A stretch of 64,000 nt of DNA from Auanema rhodensis (taxonomy: Eukaryota > Animalia > Nematoda): the NCBI GenBank assembly GCA_964057225.1, contig OZ059896.1:14694001-14758000 (forward strand). Reading direction: 5' to 3'. Made by a program: the position numbers and the translations under genes. Shown here piece by piece: positions 13,686 through 26,900 of the stretch. Every line of letters starts with the position of its first letter. Position 1 is the stretch's first letter. The notes beneath the pieces were generated by a model, which saw only the letters and a program-made list of their open reading frames with translations, did no database searches and was not told the DNA's origin.

Positions 13686-16600
13686 ATGTGGCGGCTAATC
13701 TGCTTAGCAGAAATTCTTTTGCTATTACCAGCATCTCATGCAGCAACGTATCCATGTGGTACAAGTTTCACGCCATGCCACTCAAAAGCTTTCGGAATTC
13801 GAACAGCTACAGGTTACCTGATCATTCTTTCTTTTTACTAATTTCAATTATTTCAGATGTTATAGGAGATAAAGATTTATTATTTCGAAAAGGAAAAGAA
13901 TCTGATCGAATTAAATTAAAAGAAGTATATATTTATATTTATAACTATATCATATAAATTAATTTAAGATACAACGTCTATTACCTTTTTCAAGAATAGC
14001 ATCAGCAGCTCAAGAAGGTGTTAAGGAAATGGCTTATGTATTCAACAGCACTGAAAAGCAAATGATGAATAAAGTTAAAAGTACATAATAGTTAACTTAA
14101 CTATATTAATCATAGTTTTAATTAGCTTCTTACTATTAATTTTTAGATGAGATGTTCAGTGTTCCTGATCAAGCATGGAGCGCTTATATGAAGGCTGATC
14201 AATATTCTAAATATTTGTCTTATTCCGCTTTAGTGTCATTATCTGTTACGAAAAAACTGATCAAGTAATTTCATTAGTTATAGTTTTTACTTATAATTTA
14301 TTCATTTATACATATAATTAAGCTAAGTAAGTGATACTTTAGAACTGTTCCATCTATGGACACATTGTCGTTATCTTCAGTATCTCAAACTGATATTGAG
14401 AAAAACTGTCCCATTAATCAAATAGATGAATGTGTTGCCGGAAAATACAGGTTTACCAACTATTTATATTCAAAAATATATAATATATAATTAAAAGATT
14501 TTATATTTTCAGATCATATTCAGGTCATTGCAATAATATATTAAATCCATTACGAGGAGCTGTATATGAACCAATGAGACGTATTTTGCCCTCTGATTAT
14601 GCTGATAGTATGCATTTTTAATTTATAATTTAAAAAAATATATAATTTTCTAAGGTTATATATATATATAGATAATGTACTGATATTTTATATATTTTTA
14701 TCTTAAAATTAAAAACAAATATTAAAAAATAAATTAACAAATTATTGATTATTTGATTATTTTGATTGTAATCATTTTTTGTTTTCTTTCAAAATATAAT
14801 GATTTATGCTAATTTTCACATAAAACAACAATATCATTCTAATGAATCTCCATGCATTAACCGGCTGCATTTATATTTAACTAATCATTATAAACTATAT
14901 TATTATTTTTTATTTTTTAGAAATATCTGAACCTCGTATTGGCTTCAATGGTAAAAGCTTACCTGGTGCACTTGATTTAAGTAAATTATTCACACCAGCA
15001 CCGACTGGTCATGCTTCTTGTTCTCTTATGTTGGCACAATGGGCTTCTTTCTTATATGATGATATGTCACATATATCAAGTAATAGTTTATTCAGAGGTA
15101 AAATACATATATTTTAGAATAGTTAGCATATTATTATTTCTATTAGGAGCTTTCTACAATCCCAGTCATGAATCAGCAACTACTGAACATCTTCCAATGC
15201 CTTGTTGCGAAACCGGAATAGTTCATAACGAATGCTATCCGATTATCCAAAATTCTACTGGAGGTATTAATTATTCTTCTTTATTTATTTATTTTTTAAT
15301 TTTTTGCACAATATAATAGAATGAAGCTAATTCATTATAGACTGTATTTCGTATACTCGCAGTATGCCTGTTCCACGTGAAAATTGTACTCTCGGTCCAC
15401 GAGAACAAGGAAATTCGGTATAATATTTTAATATTATATAAAGTTCATTCATAATAATGCTATAGGTAACTAGCTATCTGGATGGTAGTCAAATCTATGG
15501 ATCTTTCACTGATACAACAAATAGACTAAGATCTTTTGTTGATGGTAATCATTTTTTGTCATCAATTTTTATATGAAAACTATTTTTTATTGGTAAGCCA
15601 TAGTTAAATTGTGATTTTTAGGAAAGTTGTCTATGAGAAATTGGTTAGGATATAAGCAAGGTATTCCCTTAGCTGCCGATAGCCGAGAGACATTCTGTAA
15701 ATCAAGTAGTTCCGTATATGATTGTTTCTTAACCGGAAATCACAGGTAAACTAACTTTAAACCTAATTTTATAATTTATAGACTATGTTCTATAGATTAT
15801 ACTGCTTTATAATATATTTCAATATTTATAGATCAAACTTCTTGCCAACATCAAACGCATTCTATACAGTTTGGATGCGTCAACATAATAAAATAGCAGA
15901 TAATTTAAAAGTATAATATCATTAATATAATTATAGTAAATTATATTTTAAGCAATTGAATTATCATTGGGATGATGAACGTATATTCCAAGAATCACGT
16001 CGAATTGTTGTAGCTCAGCTTCAACACATCACATACCATGAATATTTGCCTCTTATTGTAGGAAAAGCTAATTTAGTTAAGTTCCAAGTAGCATTACGTA
16101 CACATGGATATGACAGCGGATACGATATTGTGAGCGTTTGCATCAAAAATTTTATTAAACAAAATAATTTTTTTCAGAAGAAAGATGCTTCTGTATTGAA
16201 TGAATTCTCAACTGCTGTTGGACAAATCTTCCTTACACTACTTCCTGATGATATCATCAGTATGAATTTGGATGGAAGTATTAATCAAAAAATTCGTTTG
16301 GAAAAAGTTTGATTACTCCGTACTAAGGAAAACATATTTTCTAATATAACTTAAGGCTTTCTATGATCCTTCATTACTATATGAACGTGGTCGAATGGAT
16401 TATATACTTCGAGGATTACTACGTTCACCTATTCTTAAGCCTGGACTTCATATGGCTTATCAATTGAAGAATGCTTTTGGACAACGTAATATAATTATAT
16501 TCTAACAATATTTAAATATAAAAATTTATTTGTAGAAGTTAAGAAAGGTATTGATTTGGCAGCCGTTTTGGTACAAATGGGACGTGATCATGGTCTACCG

Positions 16601-19600
16601 GGATATTTGAATTTCAGAAGATACTGTCAATTAGAAAGTGCTGAATCATTTGGATCATTATCAAATCATGTAAGATATATATATATATATATATATAGTT
16701 ATCTGTATAATGTTTAGTTTAAACCTTCGGTTAATATAACCGAATTACAAGAAGTGTATGAACATCCAGAAGATATTGATTTGATTGTTGGAGGATTAGC
16801 AGAGAAACCTATCAATGGCGCTTTACTTGGGCCAACATTTGCTTGCTTATATGCTACTCAAATGCGTGATGTAAATTAATATAAGATTATAATCAATAGA
16901 GAGATATTTATCAATTTCAGACGAAACAAGGTGATAGGTTCTGGTATGAAAACTTCTTGTCGCCATCTGCTTTTACAACTAAACAGCTTGATGAAATTCG
17001 TAAAACAACTTTGGCTCGTATACTGTGTGATAATACTGATAACATTGGAACTATTCAACCACATCCATTTTCTTTACCTGATATTTATGGGTAAATATCT
17101 TAAATATATATCACATAATATGTGTATGTTTTTCTTTTCTTTTTTTTTCAGAAATTGTCCAATGACATGTAATTCATCTATTTTACAAGGACCTGATATA
17201 AATGCTTGGAAAGATGCTGAATTACCTCGACTTCTACCAACCACCAGAGTATGAGAATCAAAAATAAATAAACCATTAACAAACATGATGCAATGTACTT
17301 TCAGGCTACCTTAGAAAAAGCTATTAAACTTGGTATTGAACAGTATACAAGACTTCAAGAAGCTGAAGGAAAACGTATTGCAGCTATTCCAGGTATATTC
17401 ATATAATAATCTTAGCCTTAGTTCTGATATATCTTAGTGGCTGTTGGAACATCATCTCTTTTCTCACATGCTGCTCTTATGGCTCCAAAACAAAAATCAT
17501 TAGATATAGCTAAAACAGCTGGAGTATTACGTGAAGCTACAAATATTCTTGTAACAGGGTATGTATTACATATTTTAATTTATAAAATATAAAATGTTAA
17601 TCATGAAATAATATTTAAGTGAAGGATTATCTGAAAGTGAACGCTTACCTGCTGAGCTTGATGTTCAAACTCTTCAACGTCTTCTGCCATTTGTTGAAGT
17701 CAATTCAATTATTGGAAACTTTACTCCATTCCTTGGTAGAAATATTCTTTTTTGACTTTACATAACCAAGTTTTCTATTCTTAAGGTCGTGAACCTCTTT
17801 CCAAAGAGCAATGTTTACCACAACCATTACCTTGTGATCATACATCAAAATATCGATCTTATTCTGGCTGGTGCAATAATTTGAATAATCCAAAGTATGG
17901 AAATGCTTTTGAACCAATGAGAAGAGTACTTGATCCAAGTTATGATGATGGTTAGTATAATTATATAAATATATATTACTAACTATATTAAATTATTTCT
18001 CCAGGGTTTGATAGTCCACGTATGAAATCTGTGTTAGGTGGTGATCTTCCATCTGCCAGATCTATTTCGAATGCGGTTCACAATGACAAACCTATTTTCC
18101 ATACTCGCTTCTCTCACTTGTTGATGCAGTTTGGACAGATTTTGGATCACGATATGGCTCATTCTCCTATTGCCCGAGGTAACAAAAAGACGTTTTTCAT
18201 GAAATTACATCTCTTTAGGTGCTAATAACTCTATTCTTAACTGTAGTCGATGTGATTCATTTGATACTTTATCGATTCATTGTTTCCCAATCAAAATTGA
18301 AGAAGGAGATCCGTTTTTCCCTCACAAACATGACGATGGAAGTCCAAGATGCATACCATTTGCTCGTTCCTTATTGGCTCAATTAACTCTCGGCTACCGT
18401 AATCAGGCAAGAATTATTTATAGATTATCATATTAAAATAATATACGGTTTCAGCTTAATCAACTAACATCCTTCATTGATGGATCGTTCCTTTATGGTT
18501 CCACTGAGTGTGAAGCTAATAAGCTACGTTACTTCAGCCGAGGAAAATTAAATTTCACAGATTTAGGGTATATTCTTATAAATTCAAATATATTTTTAAT
18601 AATTATTTATATAGATTTAACAAAGAAGCATTACCGCAAGGTAATCAAGAGAGAGATTGTCGTTCAACTATACTTAGTGGACAGAAAAAGTAAATTTTCA
18701 ATAATAATTCATTATTCTATAGTTTATTTGAAATTTAGATGCTTTCAAGCTGGTGATGAACGAAATAATGAGCATCCTGCTCTTACTGTTGTTCATAATA
18801 TTTTCCTTCGAGAACATAATCGTATTGCTTCAAAACTTGAAAAAATTAACAGTTTCTGGAATGATGAACAGATATATCAGGTTTTAATTTAATACTATAT
18901 TTAACTGTTTATATAAATAATTAAAATAATAGGAAACACGTCGAATAATGATTGCAAAAATTCAACATATAGTCTATTCTGAATGGTTACCGATTGTATT
19001 AGGATGTACTACAATGGAGAAGTATCAACTTCTACCACTTACCACAGGATATTTTGAAGGTTATTATAATTATAATTATATAAATAATATATATTATTCA
19101 GGATATGATGAACATTGTGATGCTACAATGAGCCAGGAAATGTCTACAGCAGCTTTCCGTTTTGGTCATACATTAATTAGAGCTGAATTTCCAAGAATGA
19201 ATGATCATTATAATAATGTTACATCATCTATTGTACTAAAGGTTTTAATAATTTACTAAAATATAATCAAAATGTTCTTTTTAGGATCATTTTTCAAATC
19301 CTGCTCCATTGTATGAACAACGTGTTGGCCATTTAGAATCTATTCTTATGGGATTACTTGGATCTGAAAGGTATGTAATATATATTATTTCTTTAAAATA
19401 TTTAATTATTATAGTATGGCATTTGATCGTCATGTTATTGATTCGTTGAGAAATCATCTATTCGCAAAGCCAGGAGCCACTTATAGTGGAATTGATCTTC
19501 CAGCCGTTAATATTCAACGAGCTCGTGATCATGGTGTTCCATCTTATAATAACTATCGGTATATTCATTTTATTTTAACATATAATATATAATTAACACA

Positions 19601-20768
19601 TACAGTCCGGTTTGTAACTTGCGACGTGCACGTCGTTTTGAAGATTTACGTGATACTATGGAGCCACAAGCAATTGCTTCGTTACAATCTGTCTATAAGC
19701 ACGTAGATGACATTGATCTTTTCCCAGGAATTATGAGTGAAAAACCAATGCCAGGTAAATTTGTAACTTTCACTTTCTTTTTCTAGTTTTTTTCTGCTTT
19801 TTCTTGATGAAAATTTTGAAATTGCTCTAGGTGCTCTTGTTGGTCCAACATTAGCATGCCTCATAGCTGAACAGATGTCTCGTTTAAAGAAATGTGACCG
19901 ATTCTTCTATGAAAATAATAATGCTAATACAAGATTCACTCCAGGTAAATCCAAATGATCAAAATAATTTCGAATTAATTCGTTTTTTCAGATCAATTAG
20001 CTGAAATTCGAAAGACAACTATGTCGAAACTTATTTGTGAAAATAGTAATTATGCTAAGAATATTCAACCAAATGCATTCCTTTTACCTGATGATTTACA
20101 GTATGTTATTTAATTTATTCAAATATATATCTATCAGAACTATCAGAGAATAGATTATATCTTATAGTAAAAGTTTTGAAACATTTATCTTTTATGTTTT
20201 ATATCCATTTGTTGATGCTCAGAACGGTTGTTCATCATCTTTTTTTTTTTTCTTATCTTATATTCAATTAGATTTGCTATTTCTTTGAAAATTATTTTAT
20301 TTCATTCAGAAATGCTCCAATGCCATGTTCGTCACTTGCTGATACGGACCTTTCATCTTGGGTGGATAGAAGTGAGTGGCTCTTATCTAAACGTTGAGAC
20401 TACATGTGTTTCGTATTCAGAATTCTGTGTTATTGATGATCGTGTAGTGAATTTGGGAAAAACGAAACGGATTACACCTTGTGTTTCATGCACATGTACA
20501 ATTGAAGGAGTACTATATATGAAAATATAAAAATATTTATAAAAAATGCTTAATTTCAGGCTGAATGTCATTCAATGACAATTGAAAATTGTGAAGATTT
20601 AAAAAATAATTATTCAATTTCCGATCTCTTAAAGGTATTATATAACTAAATTATATTTTATAATAAATGAAAATATAATTAATTATGAAAAAGTTTTTTT
20701 TCATTGAAAACATATTCTTATAGGATCCTGTTTGTCTAGTTCAATGTGCTTCAACTATTCTTCATTAA
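13686..20768 (+). CDS. Secreted animal haem peroxidase with two tandem peroxidase domains (first degenerate, second intact); >30 small exons; resembles C. elegans C46A5.4-type
   Basis: Signal peptide [19 protein letters not shown]; domain 1 [10 protein letters not shown]...QMGRDHG...DRFWYE; domain 2 [47 protein letters not shown]; Cys-rich tail ending [14 protein letters not shown]. Confidence 0.88.
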
Positions 20769-21441
20769 TCGTCACGTATTATGTTGATACTGAACTGTCG
20801 CTATTCGTTGACACCAGCATTCTATTATGCCCTTCCGCAAACAATTGATTATATCAATTCAGTATAACCCCAACATAATACATTCGGGAATTACTTTGTA
20901 CATGTTGTTTACATGTATTATATTTCATGACATTTTATATATTTATAATATATATTTATAACTTATATAACTATAATTAATATTTTCTTATGTAAATCAT
21001 TCTTCTTCCTCGTTTTCTATTTCTCTTTTTTTTCTTTTCCTAACACATAATGTTATATTCTCTGATCAAGGCAATATTTCTTCTTAGCAATGACTAGTAA
21101 TTCTCCAGAATTGATTTGAAGAAGTTATAATTAATTACAAAATCATATTTAATATATTTATTTATTAATTTGAAAATAATTATTATAATTTATTTGTAAA
21201 TATAGACCTTTTTCTGTTATTTTTCTCTCTAAATAATTCGAAAGGAGTTGTATTGATTTCGTTGCAGAAATGATAAGATATGAATTGTTTATTTCTAGAT
21301 TTTTTTGTACTTTGACTTACTTTCAATGATTTCGAATGATTTTTCAATTATTTTATTGAAACCTTCAATATTTCTCTTTATTAACATTTAAGATTTTGAT
21401 TAAAATTAAAAAAAAATAAAGTTTTTTAGAAATTTCAGAAC

Positions 21442-23377
21442 ATGGGATCTGCTTTTCCATCTGATTTCATATGGGGCATTGCTACGGATGCTTATCAAAT
21501 AGAGTGTGGAGGACAGAATGATGGTAATAACCTTAGAGAAAGCAAGGAAATTCACAAATGTCCCATCATTTTCAGGAAGAGGTGTAAGCATATGGGATGC
21601 TATCAGAAAGGAGCCGGGACGTATTACTGATAATTCAGATCCCACTACCACTATTGGAGGCTATGAAAATTGGAAGGAAGATATTCAGCTGATTAAAGAT
21701 TTAGGAGTATATTATATTATTTATTATAATTTAAAATTATAATTTTGCTAATTATAGGTGACACATTATAAAATGTCATTAAACTGGTCAAGACTATTAC
21801 CTTATGGGGATATAAATTGCATCAACCAGCAAGGTGTTGCCTATTACCGAAAAGTATTGGAAGAGCTTGTGGCCAATGGCATTCAGCCAATTGTATGTGT
21901 TTAATTAACTTTCAATAATTCTTTTTTTGAATTTGCATAATTATATTTAAGGTAACCTTATATCATTCGGATATGCCTTTAAGATTATATCAAAATGATT
22001 CTTGGCTAAACGATAAGGCGATTGAATGGTTCACCGACTTTTGTCGTCTTTGTTTCCAAAAATATGGTGATTTGGTAATTACACTTCATCTTAGCTGTTG
22101 AAGCTTAAGTTGTACAAAAACAATTTTAGGTTAAAACATGGATAACAACAAACGAATTACCTATGCGAGCTTGGAATGATGTATGTCGGTTGGAGGTTAT
22201 ATAAGACTCAATTTTTACAATATAGTTAATATAGTATATTAAAGGGAGAACTATTTTTTGGAGTGTCAGGAGTATTTGATGAAAATAATAAGAATATTCC
22301 ATTGAAAGTTGCTCATCGGATACTTTTAGCACATGCTGAAGTTTATCATATGTATCAAAGAGAATTTCACGCTGAACAGAAAGGTAACTGTATTATATTA
22401 GTACTATACTAACTATATTATTATAGGTCAAATTGGTGCTGGTTTGAGTGGAGATTGGTGTTATGCTAAAACTGAAGCTGATGCTGATATCACTAGACGA
22501 ATGCAGATTTTTCTATTCGATTGGCTTGTAAGTTTTTAAGATATTTCTAAGGTAATTGACGCCATATATTGCTCAAGATTCAACCAGTTTTCGGAAAACA
22601 TGGTGATTATCCACAAGAGATGAAAGATTGTTTGGGAGAAAATGGTTCAAAGATTCTTCCAAAATTCACGGAAGATGAGATACAAAAGCTCAAAGGTCAG
22701 TGATATTAGTATTTTCTCTAAAACAATAAAACTTGGAGGAAGTGCTGATTTTCTCGCTATTAACTACTATCGACCAATTCTGATTGAAAGTGGCATCGGA
22801 TCGTCGACAAAGGAAAAACTTATGAAATTCAAGTATGCTGATGATGATTGGGAAAAGTAAGTCTTCATTTGACAGGATACAGAGAACATGAAAATACTGC
22901 AGGATTTGCGGTGACAACGACTTCTGGTTACGTCACATGCCTCAAGGTCTTTACGATCTTCTACACTACATCAAATCAAATTATAATATTCCTGTGCTTA
23001 TAACAGAGAATGGATGTGCTGACAAAATGAATTCTGATGAGAATCCGTTGAATGATGAACACCGTATACGGTATATTCGAGATCATGTGTTGTTTTTGGA
23101 GAAAGGTTTTTTTATTCAATCAAAAAAATAAAATAAAATAAAATGTATAGCTATGCAAGAGTCATGCAATGTCATTGGATATATAGCTTGGTCTCTTCTA
23201 GACAACTTTGAATGGAACGATGGTTTTGCCACAAAATTTGGCTTCTACAGGTATGAACGGAAAATAATCTTGAAAGACTGATTAATATATTTCAGTGTTG
23301 ATTTGGAGAGTAAAGAAAGAAAAGCCAAGAAAAGTGTCCAATTCTACAGAGAAATGATCAAAAGTTATCAACAGTAA
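21442..23377 (+). CDS. Glycoside hydrolase family 1 beta-glucosidase (single domain, klo-1/klo-2-like, no signal peptide)
   Basis: FPSDFIWGIATDAYQIE, WSRLLP, TLYHSDMP, acid/base TTNEL, nucleophile VLITENG, AWSLLDNFEWNDG; TTTCAG acceptor 3 nt before ATG. Confidence 0.9.
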
Positions 23378-23824
23378 TAGTGAATAAACTGAAATATTTA
23401 TATTAAATGATGACAATGAAATGATGATATTCGAGAATATCAAAGTATGAAAATAACCATAAGAAAGAAGAAGTAAAGTCAGGGCTTGTCCATCAATTGG
23501 ACATGTGTCAAGGAAAATTAAAAAGTTGAAAATTTACACAAAGTGACGAAACACTTTCAAACTCAGTTTTTTTTCTATTTTTGGATGAATGTACATCTGA
23601 TTTCAATGATATCATCGATTAGACTTTGGCTTATGAATTGATTGCATACACTAGCTTCATAAAGTGTAGTGCGCAGAACAAATTTGGTTTAAGCATTCAT
23701 AGACAGCTCAACATCTATACATTAGATTATTTATATTATATATTCACATTGAAAGAATTTTAAAAACTTATATTTTCAGAAGGAATAATTCAGATGATCA
23801 TTGAAGAGGGTAAGAAACACATTG

Positions 23825-23915
23825 TTATCAGCAAGAAAGTCCAAAACGGCAGATAACAGATGATTGACTTGGTAGAATAGCCTCAGGGCATGTGTCAATA
23901 TGAATTGATATATAA
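23825..23915 (+). promoter_or_regulatory. Vitellogenin promoter of copy 1: VPE2/GATA (TTATCAG), VPE1 (TGTCAAT), TATA
   Basis: TTATCAG (reverse CTGATAA) at 23825, TGTCAAT at 23893-23899, TATATAA at 23909-23915, ATG at 23964; VPE1/VPE2 are the established Caenorhabditis vit promoter elements. Confidence 0.75.
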
Positions 23916-23963
23916 GAAAGGAACTGAGCAGTAAAGGACAGTCTACGACTCTCATCAAGAACG

Positions 23964-26900
23964 ATGAAACTTCTCGTTCTCGTTGGCCTCTTGGGGCTAA
24001 CCCTGGCTAGTCTGCCATCTTTCGAGAGACGCGATATCAACGAAGTCGAATTCCGCTCCGAGCGTGAATACCGTTATCTCTTCGATGGACATCTCTCTAC
24101 TGCTTTACCTGTCTCTGAAAGCCAGAAGGCTATCACTCGTATCCAATCTCTTGTCAGCATCCAACCTGAATCTTCTGAATATTGGTTCCGCATGCAATTG
24201 AGAAATCTCCGCTGGGCTACTAGCCAGGAAGAGGTCGACACCCTCAGAATGCTCCCATTCGAGAGCATGGAGGAGGTCACCCTCGAGAAGGTAATATAAA
24301 CTTCCTCTTTTCTAATTCATCTTCCTTGTTTCAGGAGCAAGAACGTCTTCTCTCCCTCCCAATCCGCTTCAACTACAAGCACGGACTTGTCGGAGATGTC
24401 GAATTCGACGGAGAAGAGCTCGCCTGGTCCAAGAACATCAAGAAGTCCATCGTCAACATGCTCCAAGTATTCAGAATCTCTTCCTATAGTTCTCTAATCT
24501 TCTGAAATTCAGATCAACTACGTTAAGAAGGGAGTTGAGATGCGCGACCACATGATCGAGGAAGAAGACATCCGCAAGAACGACTACTTCACCGTTGTCG
24601 AGGTAAATGCCATCTGAGCTTAACCCAAAAACCTTTTGAACTTCAGCGTACCCTCGAAGGAGAGTGCGAGGTTGCCTACACCAGAATCGAAGAATCCAAG
24701 GAATTCGAACAATGGACCAAGTCCGTCAACTTCGACAAGTGCAACATCCGCCCAGAAGTCCGTTACGGACGCCGCTTCGTCGAGAAGTGCGAAGAATGCA
24801 AGAAGACCGTCGCTGACGAGAAGCTCTCTTCCACCGTCATGACCTTCAACCTCACTCACGGACGCACTGAGAACAAGTTCCTCATCCGCGATGTCGAACT
24901 CCGTTCCCAACACTTGTTCGCCCCAATCGCCGACAAGAACCAACTCCTCGTCTCCTACGTCTACAACAAGCTCAGCCTTGTCTACGCCGGAGAGGTCGAG
25001 AAGACCATCGAGAAGATCCAAGTTGAAGAGAAGGAAACCCTCATCTACAACTCTGAGATGGAAATTGCCGAGGAGATGTTCGCTATGACCGGAGAAGAGA
25101 AATACCTTCGCCACATCCCCATGTGGAGCAACAAGGTCGAGATGGTTAAGCAGATCTTCAACAAGATTGTCAAGGACCTCGAATCCGGAGTTGAACTCGA
25201 GACCACCAACCTCATCGCCCGCGTTGTCAAGGTTCTCCGTTTCTGCACTGAGCACGAGATCGAGAAGATCGAGCGCTTCTTGTACGACATGGAGAAGATG
25301 GAGGAGAAGACTGTTGAAAAGATGCGTCACATCTTCTTCGACTCCCTTGCTCTTTCTGGAACCAAGGTCACCATCCGCCACCTTCTTGAGAAGATGACCA
25401 AGAAGCAAATGAACCCCATCAAGGCTTCTCAACTCTTCAAGATGCTCGCCGAGATCCGTGTCCCATCCGAATACATCGCTGAAGACGTCTACCGTTTCTG
25501 CGAGTCTGATGTTGCCCACCGCAACCCAGTCCTCCGTCAATCCTGCTGGCTCACCTACGGATCCATTGTCTCTGGATTCTGCGGAGACAACGAGGAGAAG
25601 ATGGCCTACGAATTGAAGGAGAAGCTCTGCACTCGCTCCCTCAAGCAAAAGATCGTCGACCAACTCATCCGCAAGTTCAAGTCTGCTGAGACCCGCTACG
25701 AGAAGGTCCTCATGATCAAGACCCTCTCCAACGCTGCCATTGACGTTTCCGTCTACAGCCTCAACACCATCATCGCTGACAAGATGGAAGAGAAGACCGT
25801 CCGCCTCCAAGCCATCGAGGCTCTCCGCCGTCTCCGCACCGTCATGCCACGCAAGATCCAATATGTCCTCATGCCAGTCTACAAGGACCGCATGGAGCTC
25901 CCAGAGATCCGCATGTCCGCCCTCAACATCATCCTCATGACCAGACCAGAGGAAGCCATCCTCAGCCAAGTTGTTGAACAAGTCATCGTTGAGCGCAGCC
26001 GTCAAGTCCGCGTCTTCACCTACAACCTTCTCTCCACCCTCACCAAGTCCACCAACCCATGCGAGAAGGTCTTGGCCCTCCGTGTTTCCAAGGCTCTCCG
26101 CCTCATCCCAACTGAGCTTAAGCAAAACCTCTTGGACAGCCGCTTCAACAAGTGGACTCTCTACAACACCGAGTACATGACTGGAGCTACCTTCAACTGG
26201 GCTTCCATCTTCAGCTCTGAATCTGTCCTCCCCAAGGAAATCATGGCTTCCCTCGACTCCGTCTTCGGAGGAGAATGGAACAAGTACTTGGCTCAAATCG
26301 GACTCTACCAAAACAACATGGACGTCATCCTCAACAAGATGATCCGCAAGGTTGAGCAATCCGGACTTGAGACCCTCGTCGTCCGTGGAAAGAGATCCGC
26401 CACTTTCCGCCCAGTCGAGATCCTCCGCACCATCGCCGAGAAGTTGAACATCAAGCGCCGTGAGATGAGCAACGACGAACCAGAGGCTCTCCTCTACTTC
26501 CGTTACAAGGACATGGACTACGCTTTCCTTCCAATTGACATGGAAACCATCCCAGAGCTTTTCAAGAAGATCGCCCGCGAGGGAAGAATCGAGCTTGGAG
26601 ACATTGAGCGTGTTCTCTCCCACGGATTCCACTACACCCTTTCCGGAGCCGTCTTCGTTCACGAGACCATCCGCAAGATCCCAACTGCCCTCGGTATGCC
26701 AATCGTTCTTGGATCCAAGATGCCAACCCTTGCTACCGTCACTGGACACATCAAGGTTGAATTCGAGCCCAAGAGCTCTGACCGCTTCACCGGACTCCGC
26801 CTCCACCTTGTTGCCAAGCCAGAGGTTGCTTCCACTCACGTCATCAAGCTTGAAGCCCGCACTCCAGTTGTCTACTCCGGAGTCAAGCTTCTCCACGGAG

